This document shows, one piece after another, positions 41,699 through 51,207 of a DNA stretch of 64,000 bases. Origin of the DNA: an uncultured Candidatus Saccharibacteria bacterium (lineage in GTDB: Bacteria; Patescibacteriota; Minisyncoccia; Phycocordibacterales; UBA2135); the NCBI GenBank assembly GCA_964348495.1, contig CAYGCZ010000001.1, positions 7,951 through 71,950 on the forward strand, given 5' to 3'. The translations under genes and the position numbers were made by a program. Under the pieces are notes generated by a model. That model was not told the origin of the DNA. It worked only from the letters and a program-made list of their open reading frames with translations, and made no database searches. Each line of letters begins with the position of its first letter. The stretch's first letter is position 1.

Positions 41699-42553
41699 AT
41701 GCGTGATCGGTATTTTGTGATACATAAGGAAGTGGGCGAGACGCCGCTTATGACGGTGGAGCGTTTGCGCGCGGAACGAGGTATCGCGCCCCACGTTAAA
41801 CTCGCCTACGCCGGCCGGCTTGACCCGATGGCGAGCGGGGCGTTGCTCGTACTTACGGGTGATGAATGCAAGCGGCAAAAGGCCTATCACGGCCTCGACA
41901 AAGAGTACGAGTTTGAAGTCCTGCTTGGCGTTTCATCGGACACGGGCGATGTATTGGGATTGGCAGAATACGATCAGATACAGGAACCTACAATCATGCA
42001 CGTGCATGATTGTAGGTTCCCTTTTTCTTCGCGTATGCTTATGAGTGCGGCGCGTTCGTTTCTTGGCACGCACACCTTTCCCTACCCCGCCTTTTCATCA
42101 AAGACCGTCGGCGGGGTGCAGTTGCACCGGCTTGCGGCGGAGGGGCGGTTGAACAAGGCGGAACTGCCCGTACGAGAGGCGACCGTCTATCGGTTGCGCC
42201 TCATTGGGGTGCATACGATCGGCAAGGACGCTCTGCATGCCGCCATCCTCAAAAAGATTGGTACCCTGCCGCAAGTAACCGATGAAGAAAAAGCATGGGG
42301 CAGGGACTTTCGCCGCGAAGAGATCATCGCGCGATGGCGCGATATCTTCGCGAAGATACCCGATGGCGCCTCGTTTCAGATCGCCCGTTTCTCGTGCATT
42401 TGTTCTTCCGGAACCTACATGCGCACCCTCGCCGAAAAGATCGCCGAGCATCTCTCGACGCGCGGCCTCGCCTTCTCCATCCACCGCACAAAGATCGGCC
42501 GCTACATCCCTGTTCTCAGTAAGTGGGGCGTATGGGTACGTCTCTATTGTTAG
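41699..42553 (+). CDS. truB: tRNA pseudouridine(55) synthase-like protein
   Basis: GRLDPMASG, KRQKAYHGLDKEYEFEVLLGVSSDTGD, CSSGTYMRTLAEKIAEHL. Contains the in-frame palindrome 41983..42020. Confidence 0.8.
   Translation: MRDRYFVIHKEVGETPLMTVERLRAERGIAPHVKLAYAGRLDPMASGALLVLTGDECKRQKAYHGLDKEYEFEVLLGVSSDTGDVLGLAEYDQIQEPTIMHVHDCRFPFSSRMLMSAARSFLGTHTFPYPAFSSKTVGGVQLHRLAAEGRLNKAELPVREATVYRLRLIGVHTIGKDALHAAILKKIGTLPQVTDEEKAWGRDFRREEIIARWRDIFAKIPDGASFQIARFSCICSSGTYMRTLAEKIAEHLSTRGLAFSIHRTKIGRYIPVLSKWGVWVRLYC
41983..42020. repeat. perfect 38-bp palindrome (family C variant) inside the truB coding sequence
   Basis: ggaacctacaatcatgcac|gtgcatgattgtaggttcc. It shares the atgcacgtgcat core and aacct/aggtt ends with 17052 and 17798. 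Confidence 0.9.
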
Positions 42554-42560
42554 TTGGGTT

Positions 42561-42623
42561 ATAGGAACTTTTTTAGGTAACTCGGCAAATCAGATTTGCC
42601 GAGTTACCTAAAAAAGTTCCTAT
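42561..42623. repeat. perfect 63-bp palindrome (30-bp arms, 3-nt centre)
   Basis: ataggaacttttttaggtaactcggcaaat-cag-atttgccgagttacctaaaaaagttcctat. The arms are an exact reverse complement. Confidence 0.95.
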
Positions 42624-42645
42624 ACTTCAATAATCCCCACACACC

Positions 42646-42685
42646 AAACAAAAAACAGCATCTCGCGATGCTGTTTTTTGTTTGC
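42646..42685. terminator. bidirectional terminator between truB and cspA
   Basis: caaacaaaaaacagcatc-tcgcga-gatgctgttttttgtttg. Confidence 0.7.
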
Positions 42686-42688
42686 GCA

Positions 42689-42892
42689 TTATATGCGGCT
42701 GATGTTTGATGCCTGGGGACCCTTCTGACCCTGCGTTACCTCGAACTCGAGCGTATCGCCCTCGTTGAGATCATCGAAGGCAACATTCTGGAGGTCGTTC
42801 GCATGGAAGAAGAGGTCTTTCTCGTTGCCCTCAATCTTGATAAAGCCGAAGCCACCATCCTTCTTGAGGCGAGCAATAATACCTTTTTGCAT
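42689..42892 (-). CDS. cspA: cold-shock protein
   Basis: KKDGGFGFIKIEGNEKDLFFH RNP motifs. The gap up to the next gene at 43015 would be a long 5' UTR. Confidence 0.92.
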   Translation of the reverse strand: MQKGIIARLKKDGGFGFIKIEGNEKDLFFHANDLQNVAFDDLNEGDTLEFEVTQGQKGPQASNISRI

Positions 42893-43014
42893 GTGCGTAG
42901 AACTAACTACTAGTAAAACTCAAATACGATACAAAAGTCCAACTCGACGAGGTTCTCCTTTGGTACATTTGATTACGGTAAGTGTATCATATTGACATTG
43001 CTTTGTCAACATTT

Positions 43015-44331
43015 TTAACGAACAAAGGTCAACGCTTTTCCACGGTGTACACCGCGACCGGTGCGGCCGATGCGGTGCACATAATCTTCGTAGGTGGCGG
43101 GAAGGTCGTAGTTGATGACGTGCGATACGTTGTCTACGTGGATACCGCGCGCCGCGACGTCGGTCGCTACGAGCACCTTCACCTCGCTCTCTTTGAAGCG
43201 TTTGAGCGCGCGCTGGCGCTGGGGGTGAGATTTGTTGCCGTGAATCGAATCGGCTGTGATGCCGTGGCGGTTGAGCTCGACGCTCAATTTCTCCACGCTG
43301 TGCTTCATGGCGCCAAAAACGATGACACGCGTGAAATCTTCGCGTACTAGAAGTGATGCCAATACGGCGAGTTTGTCGCCGTCGCCGTGGCGTACCACGT
43401 CCTGCTCAATGTTTGCGGTGATCTCTTTCTTCTTGACCGAGACGGTGATCGGCTCGCGCAAGAAATCGTGGATGAGTTTCTCGATATTGGGCGACATCGT
43501 CGCAGAGAAGAAGAGCGTCTCGCGTTCTTTGGGCGTATCCTTGAGGATTTGCTTTATGTCATGGATGAAACCCATGTCCAACATGCGGTCCGCCTCGTCC
43601 AAGATAACGGTCGTGAAAGTGCCGGGGTTGATGCACCGGCGATTGATGAGATCGAGGATGCGCCCCGGGGTGCCGATGATGAAGTGATTGAGACGCTTCA
43701 ACTGCATGATTTGCGGGCGGATTCCCGTGCCGCCCACGCAGACGGTGGAGAAGACCTTCATGCCGCGTGCAAGTTTGCGAAGCTCTTGTTCAACCTGGAT
43801 GGCGAGCTCGCGCGTCGGGGCGAGGATGAGTGTCCGGCGTTCTCGGTTTTGTACCGTGGCGTTGATGATGGGTATCAAGAAAGCCGCCGTCTTGCCGGTG
43901 CCGGTGTTGGAAAGACCTACGACATCGCGCCCTTTGAGAATAAGGGGGATGATCTGGTCTTGAATGGCCGTGGGAGCAGTAATACCCGCCTCGCGGATGT
44001 TGGTGAGAAGCGTACGGTCGATACCGAATGTCTCAAAGGCGTGGACGGGCGTATAGATCGCCTCCGGCTCGTGTGTAGCCGGATTGCGATTTATGTAGCG
44101 CGAGACATCGAAGGTGCTTATTTTGCGACCGGGTCGTGATCCGCGGCCAAACGAGGAGCGGCGATCGCCATGTGAAAAGCGGTTACCCCCGCCGCTTCGC
44201 GGACGCGAGGGGGATGAACTGGATGAGCCATGCCCGCGCGATGGTGCGCCACGGCGGCTGGCAGAAGGACGCCCCCCTGAACTTGAATAAGAAGAGGCGC
44301 GCCGATCCTGTCGGTGTGATGATGAATGCAT
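43015..44331 (-). CDS. DEAD-box ATP-dependent RNA helicase with N-terminal Arg/Ser/Gly-rich extension
   Basis: Q-motif F..PT.IQ, GTGKTAAF, DEAD, SAT, HRIGRTGR. The N-terminal ~80 aa are RS/RG-rich and the C-terminus is short. Confidence 0.88.
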   Translation of the reverse strand: MHSSSHRQDRRASSYSSSGGRPSASRRGAPSRGHGSSSSSPSRPRSGGGNRFSHGDRRSSFGRGSRPGRKISTFDVSRYINRNPATHEPEAIYTPVHAFETFGIDRTLLTNIREAGITAPTAIQDQIIPLILKGRDVVGLSNTGTGKTAAFLIPIINATVQNRERRTLILAPTRELAIQVEQELRKLARGMKVFSTVCVGGTGIRPQIMQLKRLNHFIIGTPGRILDLINRRCINPGTFTTVILDEADRMLDMGFIHDIKQILKDTPKERETLFFSATMSPNIEKLIHDFLREPITVSVKKKEITANIEQDVVRHGDGDKLAVLASLLVREDFTRVIVFGAMKHSVEKLSVELNRHGITADSIHGNKSHPQRQRALKRFKESEVKVLVATDVAARGIHVDNVSHVINYDLPATYEDYVHRIGRTGRGVHRGKALTFVR

Positions 44332-44534
44332 GTATATATAATTGTATGATACGGCACGAGAGCGCGAAGTATATGCGCAATGAGAAACGTGCCGGGGCTG
44401 TGCGGGTGATAATGCGAGAACTCGTCAAACGAATTCTCACGACCCAAGAGCCCCACACGGGAGAGAGTTACAGTCTTCCTGTAAATACTCTCGTTCTTAA
44501 GATACGAGCATGATACTATATTCGATATAATTTG

Positions 44535-46199
44535 TCAAACAAGACCGCGCACCCCATCTTTTGCCTTCATGCCGGAAAGGGGAATGGAGATGAAAAAGAC
44601 CGTGCCGCGATGTTCGGTCGATTCGAACCAAATACGCCCACCGGATTGTTCCATGATCGCTTTGACGATATAGAGCCCGAGGCCCGACCCGTCCGGATCG
44701 ATCAATCGCGCGTTGTCGGCGCGAAACATCTTGGTAAATATCTTGCCTTGTTGTGCAAGAGGGATGCCATGCCCGGTGTCGCTCACTTGTATAATAAGTG
44801 AGGTATCTTCTCGTCGCGTTTCAACGGAGATCGAGCCGCCGGCATTGGTGTATTTGATCGCGTTAGAAAGGAGATTTTGGATCACGGCACGCACAAGTTG
44901 ATGATCCAGAAGGACCTCCGGTATCACCCCGTAGGACTTTGTCAGTGTCAGATGTTTATTCTCCATGATGCCGGCAACCTCGCGTAAGGTCTCTTCGATA
45001 AGTTCGTTGACTTGAAGCGGTTTGGGAACGATGGCGAGCGTGCCCAGCTCAATATGCATCGCATTCAACATCGCATTGACAAGGTGTAATAATTGGCGGT
45101 TGCTTGTGGTGATGCGCGAAAGTCCCTCTACGACAGGTTGAGGCAGGACACTGCCCGGATATTGCTCCAAGAGCATCGAACTGTATCCTCCGATGATGGT
45201 AATGGGCGTGCGGAGTTGGTGGGTGGCAAGCGCAATAAACTCTTCGCGCGCTTTTTTGAGTTCATATTCTTTGGAGATGTCGCGAAAGACGATAATGACT
45301 CCCATGAGTCTGCCGGTAGGGTTGAAGATGGGTGCCGCACTGTCGCCAAGGGGGATCTCCACGCCCGACTTGGTGGTAAGCAGGGTGTTGTTATTCATGT
45401 AGGTTACCCGCCTCAAGTCCATCGCTTCTTTGATAAACCCCATGTTCTCCGCGCGGTCTTCGGCGCGTATCAACTTCATGATATTGCGGAACGGTTTACC
45501 AAGCACCTCGTCCTTATCCCATCCGGTAATGCGCGTCGCACTGCGGTTCCAGACGGTGATCGTCCACTCGGGATTGATGACGACCACGCCGTCGCCGATA
45601 CTTTCAATGATCTGGTTTAAGTTGTGAAACTCGCGGTCGCGCAAGGTCGTCATGCGACGAACGGTCTCAGTCGCACCTCTCAGGAGGACATAGATGTTCT
45701 GCAAGGTCTCTTGATCGAACGATCCTTCATCGGGGGTGGAGAGGTTGATGAGTACAGCAAGTGTTCCGGGTATGATCAGGGGAACATTGACATGTGAACG
45801 AGGGGATGCTTCGAGCGCAAGGGCGGTAGTGCCGGTTGTGCGTATATCAAGACGGAAATCGCTCTTCAGCCATTGCTGAAGGATGGTTTCGCGCACGCTT
45901 GGCAGGGTTGAAAGACCCAGAAAGAGATCTTCTTTGATTGTTGCTATATACACTTCTCCAATCGTGTCAGTAGCGGGAACGCGGATGTAGAGTAAGTCGG
46001 CGGGGATGGAGGGATCAAGCGGCGCTATGGCATAACTGACGATAATGCGCGGGAAAAGTTTTTGAATCGCGGTCGTCACATGTTCCATCACCTCAGTCAT
46101 ATCAAGACTGCCGCTCAAGGCCTGGTAGAGGTTTTTAATCGCTTCAAGTTCGGCAACTTTGCGTTCAAGTTCAAGGGATGATCTGGTGATCGTGTTCAT
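44535..46199 (-). CDS. cytoplasmic sensor histidine kinase (GAF-like/PAS + HisKA + HATPase)
   Basis: H-box ATHQLRTPITIIGGY, G-boxes DTGHGIP and GSGLGL, and a PAS segment with WNRSATRITGW. Confidence 0.85.
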   Translation of the reverse strand: MNTITRSSLELERKVAELEAIKNLYQALSGSLDMTEVMEHVTTAIQKLFPRIIVSYAIAPLDPSIPADLLYIRVPATDTIGEVYIATIKEDLFLGLSTLPSVRETILQQWLKSDFRLDIRTTGTTALALEASPRSHVNVPLIIPGTLAVLINLSTPDEGSFDQETLQNIYVLLRGATETVRRMTTLRDREFHNLNQIIESIGDGVVVINPEWTITVWNRSATRITGWDKDEVLGKPFRNIMKLIRAEDRAENMGFIKEAMDLRRVTYMNNNTLLTTKSGVEIPLGDSAAPIFNPTGRLMGVIIVFRDISKEYELKKAREEFIALATHQLRTPITIIGGYSSMLLEQYPGSVLPQPVVEGLSRITTSNRQLLHLVNAMLNAMHIELGTLAIVPKPLQVNELIEETLREVAGIMENKHLTLTKSYGVIPEVLLDHQLVRAVIQNLLSNAIKYTNAGGSISVETRREDTSLIIQVSDTGHGIPLAQQGKIFTKMFRADNARLIDPDGSGLGLYIVKAIMEQSGGRIWFESTEHRGTVFFISIPLSGMKAKDGVRGLV

Positions 46200-46259
46200 A
46201 GGAGTAGGCGGGTGTCGTCTTCATCTCTGTGTCCGTAGAGTGTTCAGCAGACGCATCGT

Positions 46260-46838
46260 TTACCGAGGGAGGACGATAACGCCACCGAGTGATTGTATTT
46301 CATGGATCAGCTCGGTATTGGCGGATGATTGTGAGACAAGTGAGACAATCCCCGTCGCTCCGTGTTTCCTCAGAAGAGCGTGAATTTTCTTGATGAATGT
46401 CTTGGTCAGATCAAGGGCATTGTAAAGCAGGATGACGGTGAGCGAGTCGAGGAAGACGAATTTTTTTGAAGGATCGCCCTCAAGATGCTTTTTGAGTTCG
46501 TCGAATATCTGATCCAGTGCGAGTGGTCCGGAGACGTAGGTAACGCCAGACGTTTGCGACTCTCCGATGCCATACATGTGGGCGATACCATCGATGAATT
46601 TTATAGAGCCGACCTGTACACCTTCGCGCGCCATCGTGGCGGCTATTTCGCCATAATCTTTGGTTAAGGTGATATAGATGCCCATGTAGCCGAGGTCTTG
46701 CATGGTCTTGACCGATAGGATGTTTTCGGAGGTCGCGTTCTCAAGCGTACCTTTCAATACAATAAGCGAACCGGTCGCCGCCTCAGTGAGATGTTGCGAA
46801 AGTTCACGCGAGGGAGGGGTATGCGTTTCTATGGTCAT
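46260..46838 (-). CDS. KaiC-like (RecA-superfamily) single-domain protein with degenerate Walker A
   Basis: GSLIVLKGT replaces GxxxxGKT. The rest aligns with a KaiC/RadA-type domain, e.g. FVFLDSLT. Confidence 0.45.
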   Translation of the reverse strand: MTIETHTPPSRELSQHLTEAATGSLIVLKGTLENATSENILSVKTMQDLGYMGIYITLTKDYGEIAATMAREGVQVGSIKFIDGIAHMYGIGESQTSGVTYVSGPLALDQIFDELKKHLEGDPSKKFVFLDSLTVILLYNALDLTKTFIKKIHALLRKHGATGIVSLVSQSSANTELIHEIQSLGGVIVLPR

Positions 46839-46883
46839 AAGGGTGATAATAAAACAGAAAGACGATGTTGGACGTAGTGGCGA

Positions 46884-48587
46884 CTATTGTTCAAGCACTT
46901 TTCGAAGCTGATCAACATATTCTTTGTTGCGACGGGCGGAAATAATACCCTGATCGCCAAACTCCTGGATGAGTTTTTGAATCCTGCTCGGTGAGAGGCC
47001 TTTGCGCTGTTCTTCTTTGAATATTTTTTCTCCCAATGGCCCCCATATTTCGGTGAGAAGGTCGCGGAGTTGTTCTTCGATGGTTTTACTCACTTTGCGT
47101 ACCTCTCCTCCAAGTGCGCCTTCATAACCGCTAAACGAGGTGAGTACCTGCAGACCCTTCTCGGTAAAGATGAACTCGCGCAGTTTTTTGTCGTGAGCGG
47201 AGGCGCGAATCTTCAAGAGCAGAACGCCATGTTTGATTTCGGATTGCACTTCGATGAAACGCAGAAGAACGATCGTATCGTAGAAGGTTGAAAGATGCGC
47301 CTCAGTGATCTCGCCTGCGCCGAGGATACCCGATGTGGCGGCGGTGAAATATGATGTGGTACCTTTGTTTTTGCAGTAATTGATGAGGCGCGATGAAAAA
47401 TCGGGAAGACTTTCGGGGGTAAAGACATGTTCCAATGCCGACAGTGAATCTACAACAATACGATCAGCGTCAGATGCTTCCAGTGCTCGGGTGATGGATT
47501 GCAGGTGTTCTTCCATGTAACGCTCCTCGGGATAGGCGCAGATAATCTGCAAAAGACCCTCTTTTTCAAAGCGGGCGAAGTCCCAACCGAATGAGCGTGC
47601 CGTGTGCATCAATTGATCACGCGACTCCTCAAAAGAGACGAGTAAGGCGCGTTCGCCCCGCTTCAAGCCGGAAGCAAGAAAATGAAGACCCATGATGGTC
47701 TTACCCGTACCCGAGGCGCCGCTTACGAGAATCGTCGATCCCTTAAGATAGCCGCCACCCGTCATGGCGTCTAAACCTTCAGGACCTGTGGATATCCGCT
47801 CTTCCGAGATGGGGTAGGATAATTCGCGCTCCAAACGAGGGAAGATGGCGATGCCGGTACGACTGATGCGAAAAGCAGCAGGTGATTGCTCGTAATCAGT
47901 GCCGCGCATCTTCACAACTTCAAGTTGGTGGCTTGAAGCACTTCTTGTTTTTACGAAGGATAGGCGGATGATGCCATCGGAGATGAACTCTTCTGTCCCG
48001 AAAACGCTCAACTCGGCTCCGGGTGTTTCGCTCGTGAGGATGATGTTGACATCCTGTTGGGAGAGGGCGGTGCCGATCTGGAAGATGAAGTCGCGGACCT
48101 TGCTCCTGTCCTTCAAATGGTAGGCAATCGCAGTAACGGAATCCAAAACAACGCGTTTTGCTCCCGACTGGGCGACCATATTTTTTATGGTCTCCACAAT
48201 ACGCCCTATATCCTCAAACGAGAACTCATCTTTGGTGATGTCGAGACCCTGCATGATGCCACGCAGGTCGGTGAAGTACACCTGCAGAGGCCCCACGGCG
48301 GTAGGATCGAAGAATGCTAGTTTTTTGGCGTTGCGTATCGCCTTGGCGACCGGCTCCGTAAGTGAGATATAAATACCCGGCTCGTGATATTGTTGATAAC
48401 CCTCAAAGAGCCATTGTGTCGCCAAAATAGTCTTGCCGGTGCCGGACTGTCCCGACAGGAGGACGGCAGATCCGATAGGAATTCCGCCATGGAGGAGATG
48501 ATCAAGTTCAATAATGCCGGTTTGTTGTTGACCGCGCGTCGTATCGCTCACCCCCGTCGCAGTATGCAAGGTCATGTTGTGGGTCAT
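46884..48587 (-). CDS. kaiC: KaiC-family double RecA-domain ATPase
   Basis: Two domains with Walker A LLSGQSGTGKT and VSGASGTGKT, and Walker B VVLDSVT and IVVDSLS. Confidence 0.8.
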   Translation of the reverse strand: MTHNMTLHTATGVSDTTRGQQQTGIIELDHLLHGGIPIGSAVLLSGQSGTGKTILATQWLFEGYQQYHEPGIYISLTEPVAKAIRNAKKLAFFDPTAVGPLQVYFTDLRGIMQGLDITKDEFSFEDIGRIVETIKNMVAQSGAKRVVLDSVTAIAYHLKDRSKVRDFIFQIGTALSQQDVNIILTSETPGAELSVFGTEEFISDGIIRLSFVKTRSASSHQLEVVKMRGTDYEQSPAAFRISRTGIAIFPRLERELSYPISEERISTGPEGLDAMTGGGYLKGSTILVSGASGTGKTIMGLHFLASGLKRGERALLVSFEESRDQLMHTARSFGWDFARFEKEGLLQIICAYPEERYMEEHLQSITRALEASDADRIVVDSLSALEHVFTPESLPDFSSRLINYCKNKGTTSYFTAATSGILGAGEITEAHLSTFYDTIVLLRFIEVQSEIKHGVLLLKIRASAHDKKLREFIFTEKGLQVLTSFSGYEGALGGEVRKVSKTIEEQLRDLLTEIWGPLGEKIFKEEQRKGLSPSRIQKLIQEFGDQGIISARRNKEYVDQLRKVLEQ

Positions 48588-48595
48588 GGGATGGA

Positions 48596-49549
48596 TCAGT
48601 TATTGGTGAATTGATACTTTTTAAGGATCTGTTCGACAGCCGTGAGTTTCTTGGAGCCGAGGGCGATAAAGATGTACCCGCCTGCCTGCACGGCGAGAAA
48701 GAGGTAGATAATGCCCAAAATAGTTCCTAACCCAAAACCAAGAAGGCGCGAACCCAGTGAGAGAAGTATTTGCAAAATAATACCGCCCAGGATTACGAGG
48801 AAGATACCGGTTATGAAGCGTGCCGTTGCCGCTTTATAGACGATACCCGTCACATTTTTAAGGTAGCGGGTGAAGTGCGCGAGCGAAAGAAAGCCGAGGA
48901 GTAAGGAGAGGAAGAAGGGGATGATAATCGTTGCGATGATGATCGGGTCCGAGAGGGAGTAGGTCGCGGGCGTAGAAGCGTTGAGTGCCATCTCACGGTT
49001 GGGGTTGGTAAAGACGAGCCATGCGTAGGTGCCGCTTACCATGAGTGCTCCTGCGAGGGGAGTGAGTGTTTCACCAAAACTCAATCCATCGGCGCGCACT
49101 TTGTGAGCCATACCTTGCGCTCCCGTAAAGAAGTAACTGAATGAGACGAGTGGAATGAGAATATAGGCGTAGTTGATGAGTATGGTGATCATCGGCACCA
49201 GATCGCTTTCGCGCACCTGGAGGAGCTGGCGCGTGGAACTCAAAAAGGTTGTTATCAAGAGGCCCGCGGCGAGAATGAAGATACCCGTCGCAACGCGCCG
49301 AAGTGCATGGCGTTCGTCAAGGTCGGCGAGCGCGGCTGTGTAGGTTCGCAGTGCCAAGCCGCCATAGAAGGCGACGAGCCAGATGAAGAGGTAGGGGAGG
49401 GCGATAGAGAGGCGCAAGAGCATCACCTGAAACGTGCTCAATGAGCCGGTCAGTGGGTTGGGCGTATTTGGCTGAAGGACCGTGAGGAGCAGGTATCCGC
49501 TCCAGAGCACGATAATTGCTCCGTATATAAAAAGATCTTTCTTCATCAT
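48596..49549 (-). CDS. polytopic membrane protein (unknown), first gene of the KaiC operon
   Basis: About 8 TM segments; 8 bp upstream of kaiC. Confidence 0.5.
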   Translation of the reverse strand: MMKKDLFIYGAIIVLWSGYLLLTVLQPNTPNPLTGSLSTFQVMLLRLSIALPYLFIWLVAFYGGLALRTYTAALADLDERHALRRVATGIFILAAGLLITTFLSSTRQLLQVRESDLVPMITILINYAYILIPLVSFSYFFTGAQGMAHKVRADGLSFGETLTPLAGALMVSGTYAWLVFTNPNREMALNASTPATYSLSDPIIIATIIIPFFLSLLLGFLSLAHFTRYLKNVTGIVYKAATARFITGIFLVILGGIILQILLSLGSRLLGFGLGTILGIIYLFLAVQAGGYIFIALGSKKLTAVEQILKKYQFTNN

Positions 49550-49789
49550 AAAATATACATAGATGTACCCCCGTTCTCTTTATTATAGACAATGCACGGG
49601 ACAACTTCTACAACATGTTGTGTATAAGTGGCGTCCTGATTATCGCCACACACCCGTTTGGGGCATGCCTCGCAAGGCAGTACGTCGAAAGGGTTGTAGA
49701 GCGGTTTCTGTTATAGTGATAGATATTCAAAAATCATTGAAATATAAAGGGTTTTTAGGTACAAAACATTGACAAATCTGTAAAATGTA

Positions 49790-49818
49790 TTGACATTTGT
49801 ACCAAAAGATGCTATCAT
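49790..49818 (+). promoter_or_regulatory. sigma70-like promoter
   Basis: TTGACA at 49790-49795, a 17-nt spacer, then TATCAT at 49813-49818. A second TTGACA sits at 49769. Confidence 0.5.
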
Positions 49819-49843
49819 TTCAGCATAAGGTTAGATTGATTTT

Positions 49844-50404
49844 ATGATGAATATCCTTACTATGGCCCTTTCGGGCTTGTTTATTTTACCGGGAGCGAAC
49901 GCCGCGATGGCTGACTTGCCTCCGACGGCCCCCATTGTGGAGCCGGCGGCAAAGCAGACGCACTCGGTAAAACTCACCGCATATAATGCCGTTCCCGAGC
50001 AGACGGACGGCGACCCTGATGTTACGGCATCGGGCGCCCGTTCTAATCCGGAGGTGATCGTCGCGCGTTCGCGCGACCTCGCCGAGGAGCTGCCATTTGG
50101 TACGGTGATCGCGCTTGAGGCGCCGGTCAATGATACCTCGTGCGGCTTTACCGTCGTCGAACACTTGATCGGATATCGCGTGATCGCCGATACGATGCAT
50201 TCTCGCAAGAAACAGCAGATCGACGTGATGTTTGATCTCGGCGATACGGTCTCCGTCGGTACGAAAGAGACCAATCCCGCGATTGCTATGGGTATCTGCC
50301 AAGTAACCGCCCGCGTTGTCGGTAAGATCGATGTCAAAGAAATCCCCGAGACACAAATCCAACTTACCTACATGGTTGAAGGTATCACTATTGCGCGTCG
50401 CTAA
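49844..50404 (+). CDS. 3D-domain (MltA-like) secreted protein
   Basis: Signal peptide, then TAYNAVPEQTDGDPDVTASG...GTVIAL...D motifs. Confidence 0.65.
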   Translation: MMNILTMALSGLFILPGANAAMADLPPTAPIVEPAAKQTHSVKLTAYNAVPEQTDGDPDVTASGARSNPEVIVARSRDLAEELPFGTVIALEAPVNDTSCGFTVVEHLIGYRVIADTMHSRKKQQIDVMFDLGDTVSVGTKETNPAIAMGICQVTARVVGKIDVKEIPETQIQLTYMVEGITIARR

Positions 50405-50502
50405 TCTCCAGTCTTCAAAACAAAAACGCCCATTTCGGGCGTTTTTGTTTTTGGGCAGTCGTAGACGGGGATGATGGTGGCGTTTTTGCAGTATTCGTTT
50501 TG

Positions 50503-51195
50503 CTACAGATATATCAGCACGATGGCCAAGAGCATCATGCCAAAATCTTCAATCAACGTAACGGTGGTGAGAGGGACTGTAAGGAAGGTGCCGAGGCAGA
50601 CGCATTGGAATGGTTCGCGCTTCACGAGTTTCGTCGCAACACCCGCACCGCTTACCGCCATGACCGCCGCCTCCGTCCATAGAAGTGCAGGAGAGGTAAA
50701 ACCGAGGAGCATGAGGAGGCCGAAGGCGAGCTCAATGAACGGATAGGCGTACCCATACGCGAAGAATCGCTTGGCGATAAGGTCGTACTGGGCATAGCCC
50801 TCCGCGAATCCTTTGAGGTCGATGAGTTTGAAGCCCGCAAAGACGATGAAAAAGCCGACCATGAAGTACTCGATCCATAGAGCGAGCGAGAAGTCCGCCG
50901 GCGGTTGCGCGTAAAAGCTTGCGATGGTGGCAATGACGCAGATAGAGCCGATGATCGCAATGAGAGGAAGATAGTTTTTCCATGTGATCGTGCCTAGGCC
51001 GCGGTCTTTGGACACGGGGCGCGTGGGTTGCACCGAACCCTCTTCCACCAAGCGCATACCGCAGATCGGGCATGCGCCGGGGGCGGACTGTCGAATCTCC
51101 GGATGCATGGGGCAGGTGTACATAGGTAATTGAGGAAAAAAGGTTAGCTGGTAGGTCACATGATCGTTTGTCGGGGAAAGGGGGAGTTTCTTCAC
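50503..51195 (-). CDS. membrane protein with N-terminal CPMHPE-type heavy-metal-binding zinc ribbon and MauE/DoxX-like TM domain
   Basis: YTCPMHPEI...CPICGM, followed by 4 TM segments. Confidence 0.6.
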   Translation of the reverse strand: MKKLPLSPTNDHVTYQLTFFPQLPMYTCPMHPEIRQSAPGACPICGMRLVEEGSVQPTRPVSKDRGLGTITWKNYLPLIAIIGSICVIATIASFYAQPPADFSLALWIEYFMVGFFIVFAGFKLIDLKGFAEGYAQYDLIAKRFFAYGYAYPFIELAFGLLMLLGFTSPALLWTEAAVMAVSGAGVATKLVKREPFQCVCLGTFLTVPLTTVTLIEDFGMMLLAIVLIYL

Positions 51196-51207
51196 AGACC
51201 TTCTGGA

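Noticed and set aside
42561-42623. The 63-bp perfect palindrome considered as a CRISPR repeat or tRNA-like element
   Set aside because: It is a single copy, fully self-complementary with no spacer periodicity, and has no cloverleaf potential.
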